A DNA stretch of 64,000 bases from Thalia democratica (taxonomy: Eukaryota): positions 29,698,001 through 29,762,000 of the forward strand of contig OZ241831.1 in assembly GCA_965202585.1 (NCBI GenBank), in the 5' to 3' direction. The notes under the pieces are model-generated. The model made no database searches. It was not told the origin of the DNA and saw only the letters and a program-made list of their open reading frames with translations. Each line of letters starts with the position of its first letter. Position 1 is the first letter of the stretch. Both the position numbers and the translations under genes were made by a program. This document shows positions 37,701 through 50,290 of this stretch, piece by piece.

Positions 37701-40700
37701 ATGTAGAGTTAGGATGTGCTGCTTCTACTTTAATTCAAGATTTGCTAAATCAAGGTAAAGTTTCTAACATTTTGTTCAAGTCATTTCACAATGAATGTAA
37801 ACTTTTTGTATTTGCTATAATAAAAAAAAAAAAAACAAGAATGACTGTTGGTTTGAACTTTTTTAGAAGGGCTGCTGTTTTAAATCCGGCATGTCTAATT
37901 GGAATGGGTAAAGACCGTTGTGTCAGAAACTTTACAAGGTTGGTCCAACAACTTGTCAGCATGAAGATACTAAAAGCAAAAGAGGGTGATGACATCATTA
38001 ATCAATACATTGATTTGTTAAGTTCTTCTAACACTCAAATACTTTTTGAAAATTTTCTTGAAAAAAGTCACAGTTTAGACACCTTTTATTTTGACACACT
38101 TTTATTTTTGCTAAAAATGTTCCAAATAAAGCTTTTAAGTTTTTTTTACTGCATTCAGAACAGTTGCTCGGAAAGACATACAAGTCATAATGAAGTTATT
38201 ATGTATGCATTTAAGTAAGTTCTTCATGTGAAATTATTATTATAGTATAATTAAATTTTGTCAATTAAAATGTCAAACAAATTAAACTTTATTCTTATAT
38301 GTAGAAAGTTAACTAACAAGTTTACACAAAATTGTGCAAAAATTTAGTTTTTAATTTTTAATTGGTTTAAACCTTTTAAGATTGAGTTTTTGAAAACTGT
38401 TTTTTTTTTTCATAAATTTAATGCAGAAGCATACACATACAGATACAACCTTCCTTTTATTATTAAATACGAAAAATGAGAATGAGGTATTAATAATTTG
38501 TGTTAGAAGAGAAATTTTTTTTTTTAAGATTTGAAAAATACTCAGGGAAACTCAGGGAAATTTAAGGTTACTCAGGGAAATTTTTGGTCACTCAGGGAAG
38601 ATTTTTTGGCTCAAAGAGTGGCAACCCTGAAGAGACAACTAACAATAGCTTAGAACTTGATTTGTTGTACACCATTGTTTGTTAGCTCAGGTAAGGCCAT
38701 AGGGAGATCAAACATTTTTTTTTAAAATAATATTGAACCTTATTTTAAAGATTAAATTGTATACTATCAAATACCTTTTACCAAACAAAAAGTTTTTAAA
38801 TAACTTTTTAGACACAGTCAGTTTACTAAAAAGTATAAGCTACAAAGGTATGGAGAACTTTTCAAAAAACTTCCTTAGAATTTTGAAAACTTAACTATTT
38901 TTCTTTTATTTTTAAGCAACAAAACAAAAGTTTCAGAAAATATTCCTTACATTATTATTGCAATAATTAAAAAAGTGTTTTATGACCAAAAGTAAAAATA
39001 ACTTACTTCTAGTTTTTGAAATGAATAAAAATAATTAAAGTATGAGTTTTAATTGATTATTTTTTACATTTTTAATTTGACACAAACAAGTAACCTATTG
39101 AAATATTCAACTCGAGTATACCTCAAAAACTAATTTGAATTTTAGAAAACGGTCAAAAGCAACTTCTAACTGAGTTAAATATATTTAATATGAGACCAAC
39201 TCATAACAAAAGTGCCTTACCTTCTTGTGGGATTAATAATCAGTAAGTATAATCACATTTTTTTACATAGCCTACTTGGTACATGTTTTAAATAAAGCTT
39301 AGTTAAAGAAATTAGTGTTTGTTTTTTCAATAGGTCGTTTTGCAAACATACTAAAAGATATATGTTTAAATGTAATGGAAAGTGACTTGTTAAAATCTAA
39401 TTAAAGTTAGCAATTAGTTAAAGCTTGAGCAACAACAAAACTCTACAACGCAAATAACTATAAATTAACAAATTAAAACAAAATCTAAGTTAATAATAGT
39501 TTCTAAAATTAGAACTATAAAGCAGGAGACATAATATGTTTTTATTTTTGCTTACTTAATTAACAAGTCACTTTTAATGACTTTTTAATTTTATTTTTTG
39601 GTACTTTTCCGTTTATTTTAAGCACTAAAGAGCTACTTGAGCGAAACTTAGTTTGCTCAATGAACTATTAAAACAATCGAATCCGAAACGCATATTTATT
39701 TCCCTTTTTAAAAGGAAAGAATTAACTGTTTTTTTACAACCAAATATGTTGTAAAGGATTTACTGGGCATTATTTTGTGAAAAAAAAAATTAGATCAAAC
39801 TTTTCAATACGTAAAATACATCTCATATGTGTTTCAGTTTATCGTAACCTAACATAAGTTAAGTCAAAGAAGTGCTAGACGAAGTAATTAACTCTAAACT
39901 TTGCTTCTATTATACACATTTTATGACTCATAATTTATTAAATCTTTATTTACAGCCTTTTTTTTTCTGAATATTTGGCTACATCACTATTTCTCATTGT
40001 GCAAAACTTTGTTATTCACATATAAGTTAAAAAGACGGGTCAGGTGGGTATTAACTTTCTTGGTTACTAGGAAATCAAACCAAGTGTTGTGCATAGTAGG
40101 ATAAAACTAAATTTCTTGTTACCATAACTGGCAGTATATATATTTTTCCACTTCAACAATCAAAAAAGTTTTGTGAACTTTAATGCAGCCTGTCTTTACT
40201 TTTTTAAAGACCAAAATTACTTTAAACTCTTCATAGTTTTTATCAGCAATAGTTTTAAAAAAGCTACGAAAGTTATCTGAAGTACTTATTTATAAATATC
40301 AATTTCTCCTTTCTCTTAGTTTTTGTACAGAGTTTATCAAGTGATAAGATAAGTTGTTTGGTAACTAAAAACTTTAGAGCTTTCATTTTATTTAAAAAAA
40401 ATGTTATTGTATGTAAAAAAAAAAAAGTTATTAGCCTTCAATAAGTTGCTTGCAACTAAAAAAAAGGTTATGTCCCAATCCACTTATGTTTCTGCAAGTT
40501 TCAGCTTTCCTACTATACGTGTGCTAAAGTTTAGGAAAATAATTAAGAGGCTTTCAATAAGTTCTATTAGTTATTTGACTCTCAATATACCCTTATGTTG
40601 CCGTAAAACTACTGTTGAGTTTTAAGTAAAAAATTTAGATATGTTAACAATAAAAACAGTATCAAACATTTTAAGTAAAAAAAACTTTATTTTTAAGAAT

Positions 40701-43700
40701 ATACTAAGTTATACCCAAAAAAAATCAAAAGAAATCCATATATGTTAGTAACTTTGTGTACTTTGTTCGGATTTTAAGTTTGGTGTAAAAATAGGCAATG
40801 CTTTTATGTAATTTTTAACTTAAAGAAGCAAAAGTTAGCCGCTCTTAACTAACCTAGCTTTTAAAATACTTTAAAATAGCAGATAAAAAACGCAATTTTG
40901 AAAACAAGAAATGTAGTTAAAAATCATGTGTAACAAATGGTTTGATTTTCTATTCACTAAAAAAGTCATGTCCACTTGCCAGCCCACTGGATTGTAAAAG
41001 TACTTTTAAAATACCAAGTATTTTTTATTTTTCATAAGCTTTATTTTTCTACTTGTTAACAAGTTTTATATATTTTTAATAAAATTATTTTTTACTTAAA
41101 AAAAATTTTTGTTGGTTACCTGGTTAGCACATAATTGTAATATTAGTCATTTACTATGCACAATCATAAATGTGTAGGGAAACTGAACTGGGTGACTTTT
41201 TATTTCTATTTAATCTTTTTTTAAGTTTCAGATTAAAAAAAGTTTTACAATTTTTCTTAACATGCACAAGACACAGTGATACTTAGTTCTCTAACGGATA
41301 TAACAACTAAATAATTTAAATTATTGTGATCTTGTAGTAATCATGAAGAAATTTCAGCAATATCTTTAACTACCATTACTCGTATTAATTTAACTTGAAA
41401 GTTTATGTTGGAATTAAACTAAGAATTCAACTTTAAGATTATAGAAACCATGAAAGTACTTAAACATTTATTTTGTCAAATTTATGTAGTATTTTTATTG
41501 TCAACATCTTTTTTACCTTTGTACTTTTTTTCTGTGACTATTTTTTAAAGTCAATAAATAAAGGACAAAATGATGCAAGAAATAGACGAAGAGGAAGAAG
41601 AGTGCGAAATTGTTGACAAAAATAAAAAAGCCGTCAAACTTGAAAAAGATTTAATTGAACTCAGTGTTGAAGAGAAGGAAAAAGTCTGTTACTTTTTATT
41701 AAAGTTTCTGATTATTTTTTACACGTGTTTAACAAAGTATACGGTGTTTTTATCTGAAAAGCAGGTGAACAAGTTGCTTGTTGTGCATTGAACTAGTCTT
41801 GCACTGTAAACAGTTTTGTATTTTTTCAAAGTTTTCTTTTTTGAAGTTGTTATTTTTTTGCTGTCTCCAAAATATGTTTATTTTTGAAGCAATTTTCTCT
41901 AACAGCATATTGATATTTTTTTAGTTTAGAAACGGAACATAAATATTTAATTTGTTTTTTTTGGTAAATAAAACTTACTTCATAAAAAGAAACTTTTTCT
42001 TTCAGTTAGATCGTTAAAAATATTTTTAAATAATTTTCTCTTCAACGTTTTATTTGTAGGGAAACAAGCACTTCAAAGCAGGAAAATACGCAGCAGCGTT
42101 AGAAAGTTACACATTGGCAATGCAGTATGATCCTTCCAATGCTGTATTTCCCTCCAACAGGGCCATGACTTATTCTAAAATGAAAAAGTTTGTTTCTTTT
42201 AAATATATATGTATATATGTTTTTAAATTTAATGCAATGAGTTTGTTATCTTTTGAGAGATACTTCCTTAATTTATTTAGTTTTTTTATTTGATGGATTT
42301 GTAAAGTTATTGTTTTTTTACTTTTTACTATGCTTTGAAAAGTAAGATTTTTGTAAAGTTTATTAAAACAGTAGATCATAATTCTAAAAGATTTAAAAAA
42401 TTATCTAGTAAATGCTTTAAACTGTTATTGCATTTTGTTCGTAGCTGCTTATTCTAACACTTCTCATTTTCAAAATGCATCTATTAAGACTCAGTACTGT
42501 TATTAATTTAAATTCTACTACATTTTGAGTTAGAATTTTATTTATAATATTAGAGTAAGTATTATGTTTTAATTCCATATATGCATAAGTTTTCAATCTG
42601 ATTAAGGTAAAACTGGAGTATTAATTTGACAAAATTAAATTTTATGGTAATCTGGTTTTATTAAAAATATTAGATCGGCGATCGTTTTGCTTTGTAGTTT
42701 AGTAACATCTAAGTTTATATATTTTTATTACAGAGTTAGCAAAAACCTGATATTTGACAATTTAGGCATAGAAACCTAGAAAAACTTTGAATTTGTGAAA
42801 TTTTGAAATAAACCTAGAATTTTGAATAAAAATCACTAAAAAACCTGGAATTAACTGGAACTTCAACAAATTTTACATAAAAATTATAAAACGTAGATTG
42901 GTATAAAAAACCAATCACATACAGTTTTTTTGTGTTGTTAGAATTTTATTTATAAAATCACAGTTAAAGTAATATTAGAGTATCTTTTTAATATATCTAT
43001 TCTATTTACGACAGTTTTACACTCTATATTTAGTTCTAAAGAAAAAACTTAGAAAAACTTAGAAGAAGTTCAGAAAACCTGGAATTAAATTAAAATTTTT
43101 TGGCAGCGCTGTTATTAACAATACATCGTTATACTGACACAAGGTTGCCAAAAAACTTGGAAACCTGGAAAACCCTGGAATTTTAAACAATTTTTAAATG
43201 TTAAGTAGAAAATTTTTGATTTGACACTAAAAATCTACCATATAGATAAAAAAATGTCATTATGAAATTTTTATTTGTTAAAAAACACATTTATAGTAGC
43301 TTTACAATATATTTTCAATGTTTTTAACTTTAAACTAAAAATAGACCCAAAATGTGTACTTTTTAAAACCTGAAGGAAATTTTGAAAACCTGGAGAAAGT
43401 TTGTGAAAAACAAATGGCATCCCTGCTGACATTAAATAAATAAAAACTAGTTTCTTAAGCTGATAGAATGTGACTATATTCTTATTTTTTGTGATCGCCA
43501 ACAAAAAATTACTTTAATTTTTTTTCTAATAACTTTTTCTCGAGTCATTTGAAGTATAAAATTTAGTTTAAGGAATTTAAGCATATCTAAAAATACCAAC
43601 CTTCACTACGAATTTCAAGGCCTAATAAAAAATAACAACGTTTGAAATTAATAAGTATTCGCAACATTTCTTGCAATTTGAACTTATAACCTCTCTTATC

Positions 43701-46700
43701 TTTTACCTATTTTGATATACTCAGCTATCAGTTTCAAGATTCAAGGTAGGTTGAATGCTGTAAAAAATTTTTTTATATCAGTTGTATTAATTATTATTCA
43801 AGGTGGGTTGAATGCGAGGCAGACTGCACTCTCTCCTTGTCTTTAGATTCAGGTTACGTCAAATCTTACTTCAGACGAGCAATGGCGCGCGTTCAAATGG
43901 GAAAAATTTCAAGCGCCCAAAAAGGTACTGTATTTTATACATTTAACAAACATTTCACTGTTTTCAAACAGTTAACATTAATTTCACTTTTTATTTAATT
44001 TTTATTACATTAGCTTTTTAATGAAAAATTTGCATTTTAAAAGTTCAATGCTTATACCTAATAAAAATTATTTCTTTTGTTTTGTTCCAAATGTGCTGTA
44101 AAATTGTAACAAGTTAAATTTATAAACTTTTCATACAAAAATCATATAAGTAATACTTGAAAAAGGTTTTATTTAAAGAATATTTTAGATAACCTGTTAG
44201 TTATATTTAATCTCTTAATGTTTCTAAACGGTTTGTCTCAGACTTTTTGGATGTTTTGAAACTGGAACCGGAAAACAAGCAAGCCGCGTCAGAATTGAAG
44301 AAACTGAATGATTCGGTAAATATTGTTTTAAAGAAAACAACAAGTTCGTATCTATAAATACTGATAGTAAATGGTACATGCTTTTCATAAACCATTTGAA
44401 TAGTATATTGTTTCCTCGAAGTTTTAGATATTATGAAATTATAATTTAAAAAGTGTTTCATAATATAAAGTCATAGATCTTTCGATTGAAGCTTGTTTTT
44501 AAAATGCTAATAGACACTCATTACAATTTTAGAACGCACAGAGTGGGAAGAGTTGTGAAAAAGTCGAACCATCCGCCAAGCTTCCACCCTTCGGTTCGGC
44601 TTGGTCGAAAGGACAAAGGATAAACGCGGTCGAACGCTCCTACCAGAGAAGATCGAAAGTTTGTTCTGATAACTTTTATGAAATACTTCAGTTTTTTTTT
44701 GTACCCGTTTTTGGTAGAGGGTTTCTTGCGAGTTGTCATTTGATACCTTAAAAATTATTCAAGGATATAGCTTTATTATTAGTGTACTAGTAGGAGTAAT
44801 TATAGAATAGCTTTGAAATTTAAGTCAATTTTTGTATTATTTTTTTAGTGTAGTAGTAGGAGGCAGATTTTAAAGTAATTTTTTTGTTCAATAATATTTA
44901 TTAATCTATTTGTATTTCCTAATTAAATTTTAAATAAGAAACTAAAAAACAAAGTTTTTAGATTTATAACAAATAATTACTTATGCTTTTAGTGTTGTAT
45001 ATATTTTTTGACATAAATAGCCTTTAATGAAACATGTTCCTATTTTTATGAATCTACACATTTTTTACAATTCAGTCTTTAAGATTTTAAAAGTATTTTT
45101 GAAAGCTGTATAAGATAATTATATACTTTAAAAAATGTTCTTTTTACATGTTTTTAAAAATTTTATAAGATAAATAAAATGTGGTTACAAAACCAGCAAA
45201 TAAAATTTTCTTTAATTTTAAAACAAAACACTTAGAAAAAGGTCTTTCGTTTGTTAAGGGCGTAGGGGGTAAAAAGACTATTTCACTAAAAGTCTATCTT
45301 CTTCTCTGTTTTTCGAGATAACTAATTGAAACTTAAAGGAAATTTTCCTTGGAATATTTAGAAAATTCAGTCGGAAAGAGTTTAAAAAAAACCAAAAAAT
45401 AAAATTTACATAAAAATATTTTACAAAAAAAAAACATTTTTTTTGTTTTTTTTTTTTTTGTCATAAAGTTTTAGTTTTTTTAATTTTTCGGACATAATTT
45501 TCTCAATATTCCAAGTATAGTTTTCTAAAAGTTTGAATAAGTTATCTTTAAAACCGTAGGAGAAGAAAGACTTTTTAGTGATTTCTAACTATTCGCCGTT
45601 TTGGTTTGCCTCTCCCATAAAATCCTTTTGTAGTCTCCGACTTCGAACGGCTATGTCTCAAAAGTTATTTTGAGTTTTAAAAATCTGTAAAAAGCAACTT
45701 GTAGCTTTGTTTAAATTCATTAAGATTAGTCTAAATTGTGAAAAAGTTGAAAACCCTCCCGTGCCCTTAAAACATTTTCAATTCTGCTAAAAAATATGTA
45801 CTATAAGACAATTATAACAAGTTTTTGACTCATGTATGTTTAACAGGAAATAAAATTTAAATAAAATATAGTAAAATAACTTTAAATGCAAATAAGTTTA
45901 ATAACATACTGTAACCTAAGACTTAATAATAATATGAATATATAAAAACATCTAAGCAAGCAAACTATCACCTATTTTTTTTTGTAGTTTACTGTAGCTA
46001 AGAGTCTGTCAAATCTTTCCTCATATTTAAATTCACCGATCTTCCTCTAAAATAAGGCAGACTACCTGCACATCTATAAGATAAACATTGAACTATAAAA
46101 CTTTGCATACTTTGAACACTTTGATAAAGTATGTTTTAAATACAGTACTAATCATTTTTGTTTTTATTATTACATAACTTGGCCTTTTATTTGTAATTAA
46201 ATAGAAATTATATGATTAAATTTATTTTTTCCTTTACTTTTATTTTAAGACTGAAGGTTGGCAACGCTCGTTTCTTACAAAACTAAACCTGTCTTGTATA
46301 CTTTCCCTTTAACCACTATAAATATTAAACAAAGATAAATCATGAAATGTACACTTAATAATAGTTAAAGTTTAATATTAAAACCAATGCGGTATTTTTT
46401 TCTAGCGACCGCTAAGAAGAATAAAAGTACAGGAGATCGGAGTCAGCTTGGACGAAACCCGAAACATCGATACCGGTTTCTCCAGTTCCGGGGATGCCAA
46501 GGTCCGTTCCAAAGCTCCATTGATCAAGGAACTCGACGGAAGCGAAGAACCTGAACGAGCAAAAACAACTGAAAGCAGCGCTAAAACTGAACCAACGAAA
46601 ACGCAAAGCTCGTTGAAAGAAGAAGCCCGTCAGAAAGTTGTCGATAAACCGAGGCAAACTGAAGTTGCGGTTCCGGAGCTGGCTAGAACTTCAGCCCAGT

Positions 46701-47618
46701 TCATTGCGGACTTCAACAAGCTTTCAAGGCATTCCGCTGAAAAAGCTTTCGGGTATTTGAGCAAGATAGTACCGAGTAACTTGAAAAAGCACGTGAAGAA
46801 CAACTTTGACGCCACTTTTTTCGAAAACATATTGGCTGCGGTGTTACCATTCGCTAAAGAGTTAGTGTCGTTTATTTAAATTTTTAAAGATTTTTAACAA
46901 AAATATTATTTCAGATAAATATACTTTTTAAACTATTTTTTAACTGAATGTGTTTTAAACTTAAAAAAAAAATTTTTAAGTAGAAAAATGTTTTCGTAGG
47001 CTTCTCTGATTATAGATTTAAATGTTTTAACTCGGCGTTTTTTTATACAGATTAGTAAGTAATTTTTTTATGTAAACTATAACTTATTAATTCGATACTA
47101 GATCTACCGAACTCTAATCTCTTAAGGTTAAACTAACAACGGTTTAAAAAAAACCCTTTGATTAAAGAAAAAGTACTTATTTTTTATTTTATGCTTATTG
47201 ACAGGAATAGCAAGTTCGTTTGTGAGTTAATGTTCGAAGCCTCGAAACTCGATCGCTTCAAACTGGTGATTCTTATGCTCGATTCGGCTAGTCAAAAAAG
47301 TAATTTTATTATATTTAGTTATTTTTTACTATAATAGCTTTTAATTAGGTGAAAAATTGATAAAGTGTTTTATTTTAAAAGATGTTTATAGAAAAAACCT
47401 AAATTTTTTTACTAGTAGATGATTTTTACAACTTATTAGTTCTATGCAATATTATTTGAAAATCAAAATTAACAGTTGCATTAGATAGTATTTTATTTAA
47501 AAACGTTTAGTTTATAAGACTACTGTGTTTAACAGACATTAAACAAATATTGGATACTATGAAAGAAAGTATAAGCGAGGAAAGATTAACGGAACTACAT
47601 AAAATATATGGATTGTAA
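34775..47618 (+). CDS. RPAP3: RNA polymerase II-associated protein 3 (R2TP co-chaperone, Spaghetti-type), 10 coding exons
   Basis: Exons 34775-34921, 36232-36348, 41564-41683, 42060-42187, 43803-43924, 44242-44315, 44533-44658, 46406-46860, 47205-47299 and 47536-47618 are phase-consistent. Diagnostic segments: N-terminal LLDIQRQAVQNTTELNDYIKGLDSW; RISRFDFKAWDKLDVDKMMQEID; TPRs KEKGNKHFKAGKYAAALESYTLAMQYDPSNAVFPSNRAMTYSKMKKWVECEADCTLSLSLDSGYVKSYFRRAMAR...DFLDVLKLEPENKQA; RPLRRIKVQEIG; and a C-terminal RPAP3_C domain PELARTSAQFIADF...SKLDRFKLVILML...LHKIYGL*. Confidence 0.93.
35211..35960 (-). mobile_element. Penelope-like element remnant (GIY-YIG C-terminus) bracketed by inverted copies of its 3' terminal repeat, in RPAP3 intron 1
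   Basis: ORF 35445-35708 (TSRQFSKRIKEHIPK...KRSSIAEHLVNN..C..NY....FKII) is the GIY-YIG tail of Penelope elements. Segments 35211-35322 and 35851-35960 are ~110-bp imperfect inverted repeats. Confidence 0.8.
36425..36590 (+). mobile_element. Truncated copy of the TTAA/Kolobok-like MITE family
   Basis: Starts TTAA|GGGCATAGGG. CTCCCATAAGGATCC...CTCCGACTTTGACTGGCTATATCTCAAAAA...AAATCTGTAAAAAGCA matches 45610-45700. Confidence 0.65.
37303..38629 (+). mobile_element. Internally deleted hAT transposon with a transposase remnant and 6-bp TSD
   Basis: 12-bp perfect TIR CAGGGTTGCCAC/GTGGCAACCCTG, with many CTCAGGGAA subterminal repeats at both ends. ORF 37523-38218 resembles a hAT transposase C-terminal half (F.R.AAVLNP...F..LV..LV..K.L...EGD.I..QY...LDTFY). 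Flanked by AAGAGA on both sides. Confidence 0.85.
42731..43111. mobile_element. hAT-type MITE (AAACCTGGAA subterminal repeats), 6-bp TSD
   Basis: Ends CAGAGTTAGCAAAAA and TTTTTGGCAGCGCTG; TTATTA on both flanks. Confidence 0.7.
43140..43425. mobile_element. Second hAT-type MITE of the same family, 6-bp TSD
   Basis: Ends CAAGGTTGCCA and TGGCATCCCTG, with AAACCTGGAA repeats; CTGACA at 43134-43139 and 43426-43431. Confidence 0.75.
45258..45766. mobile_element. TTAA-flanked Kolobok-like MITE
   Basis: TTAA|GGGCGTAGGGGG ... CCCTCCCGTGCCC|TTAA. The interior is homologous to 33844-34533. Confidence 0.75.
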
Positions 47619-48104
47619 AAAGATTATGTACTTTCTTTTTCTTTATAAATTTTAAATAACTTTTTGAATATTTTTGATACAGTTCAATGTAATTTAATGA
47701 AAATTTTTAGGACAAATATTGAAAATTTTTATCAAAATTGGTTAACTTATAGTTTAATCAACTAACTATTTTTAGTTACTTCATCCTTTTGAATTTTATT
47801 TTACTTTTTTAAAGTTTTCAGTAAATACACGTTAAGCTTTTAAATTAAAAAATACTATTTTGTGAACTTTTATAAATATAGCTTATTAATTTATAACTAT
47901 ATTTTAAAGTTTCTGGCCTGTATTGTGAACTTTTTTGATATATTTGACTAGTTTATAAATGTATTTTTTAAGTTATAAAAGTTCTGACTTATTTTGTGTA
48001 TGCCTTTTCACCGTTTGAACAAGTGTTTTCTTAAATTTTAAAACGATTATTATTTATTCTTTAAAAAATATAGAATAATAGTTATTAAATAAAAACAGTT
48101 AAAG

Positions 48105-48328
48105 TAGGGGTGGGCAACGTACATCTCCGGCCGGATCCAAAACTTTTGTTTAAACTAGAATCCGACCTGATCTCGATCTAAAATTAGTATCTAGTCAAAT
48201 TCGTATCTATAAAGTCATTATTCGGCTAGATCCGGATCTGGTAAATAACTAGTTCGAGGTGCTCCGGCCCGCAAATGACTAATTATTTCCGGATCTGGCC
48301 CGTTGATTGAAAAACGTTGCCTACCCTA
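48105..48328. mobile_element. hAT-Charlie-type MITE
   Basis: TIRs TAGGGGTGGGCAACGT and ACGTTGCCTACCCTA, with CCGGCCGGATCC/GGATCTGGCCC subterminal motifs. Flanks AGTTAAAG and ATTTAAAG match at 7 of 8 bases. Confidence 0.8.
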
Positions 48329-50188
48329 ATTTAAAGTGTCGTAAATAAAAAAAAAACATTCACATATAGTTTGCGCATTTTCTGAAGCCTTGAGAAGTAT
48401 TATGTTAACTATATATAGGATATGATTTAATTGGTAAATTTACTAGATTAGTTTCTGTTAGGAGCAATTTAAAAAGAGTCATAGTAGGCTTAAATCGTGC
48501 TCAAATGGAAATAGAGAAATTCATTTTTTAAAACTCGCCGATAATTATAAAACTAGAAAAATTACATGTTGTTGTAGTCCAATATTATATCAATTGATTT
48601 CCAAATTGAACAAAAATATTCTTTTAGAACAAATTTTATCACGCTTCAAGTAGTATTCGTCGAAAAAAATTATTTGTTTTTCTATTAAAATTTGTTTTAT
48701 ATAAATGGAGACTTACATTAGTAAATTATTATCATTTTTATTAAAAAGGCTCTAGATGTGAAGCATAAAGTTTTTATGTTTTAAAAGAATACGCTGTACT
48801 GAAATATAATAAAAAAACTGTATTGTATTTTTAAAGATTACTTGAAAGTTAAAGTTTAAGCTTTAATTATGCTTGTGTTATAATATTAGCAGAACTAAAC
48901 GTGCTATAATTTAAAAAGGAAAATGTTTATTGAAAAAATATTATTAGTATTGTTTTGTCGGTGTAAAGAAATTCTTAGTTATTAAATGAGTTATATAAAA
49001 TTAGTCGTACAATATTTAACAGTTACATGTTTTAATTTCAAACTTATAAACCATTCAAACATGAGTAAAGTACAATTGTACAAAGCTTAAATTTTATTTT
49101 TCAAAATAGTATGTACAACTTTAATAATTACATCAAAAAATTTACTCAAAATTAGGATGAAACAAAAGTTCTTCTCTAATCTATCATAATCTATAAATTA
49201 AAAAATGTGCAGTTCATTAAAGAATTATAAAAAACAACTTTTACAGTACTTGTCTTTATGTTAGAGTTACTTTTTCGATCTTAAAAACTCCGTGTAGTTG
49301 TGTTAACTTGTTTAAAGGATAGAAAATTATGTAAGTTCAATAACAGAAATTACTGAACAAGTTGTTCCAGCGAACTTGATTTGCTAGGATCTCTGTTAAC
49401 AAAACATTAGTTTGTAATTTTAAACACTAAAAATAATATAAAACTTTATGTTACAAATTAAAATGTTGAAAACCATTTCAGTTAACTTGTTTAAAAAACT
49501 TGAAAAGTAATTTTAAAGATTTTTACAAATCTTAATATTACTTTAAAAACTTGAAATCACTTGAGAATAACATACTGAAAAACTAATAACAAAGACTTAG
49601 TCATACGTACAACTTAAAGCAAGTATAGTCAATCTACGGTCTAAAAAAATATTTTTAGGCCCGCGACGTGCTTTTAAGTTATAAAAACAACTAACGTATT
49701 AGAAAAAAATTCAAGCGTTTTTATAAGAAAAAGTTTACTAGCATGCTACTTCTTGGTTTGTAAATAAACACTGCATATCCTTTTTTTTTATTTTCTGTAG
49801 AACATAAACGCTTTTACATTTATACTTTTGGTATTTGAATGAAATTTTTTAAATTAAAATAGCTTATGAAGTGCGTTTTCCTTTTAATGTGGCCCGTGAA
49901 GGATATTTTTAGCAAATCTTTTCAGTTACTCATTAAAGGTTTTATTTTGTAAGCAGAGTACTTACACTTGTAATAAGAATTTTAAATGTTTTAATTACAA
50001 GAAATATATAAAAAACTACTCCTTTTTAACAACTGACTTTGTTACTTTTAAAGTAACTTCTTAACGAAAACTTAAAATAATGTTTATTTTGCGAGTAAAA
50101 TTGACTTTTATTTCGTTTTTTTTATTTAAAAATTAAATACAATACAGTACTCTTTTTAACAGTATTAGTTTATTGAACGACAAAACAG

Positions 50189-50290
50189 ACGCTCAAAATG
50201 TTTGTTCCTAGGAGCTGGTGCGCGAAGAACCTTTCGGTTATCGAGTCGCACACCTCTTAGATACCTTTTTACGTCTTGTACAGGATAAGA
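50189..50290 (-). mobile_element. SINE family A fragment
   Basis: The minus strand reads TCCTGTACAAGACGTAAAAAGGTATC...GGTGTGCGACTCGATAACCGAAAGGTTCTTCGCGCACCAGCTCCTAGGAACAAACATTTTGAGCG. Confidence 0.7.

Noticed and set aside
39648-39662. CGAAACTTAGTTTGC shared with the 51-kb inverted repeat arm
   Set aside because: Only 15 nt with no extension on either side, which is compatible with chance in AT-rich DNA.
46412-46830. Minus-strand ORFs over RPAP3 exon 8
   Set aside because: Antisense shadows of a real coding exon.
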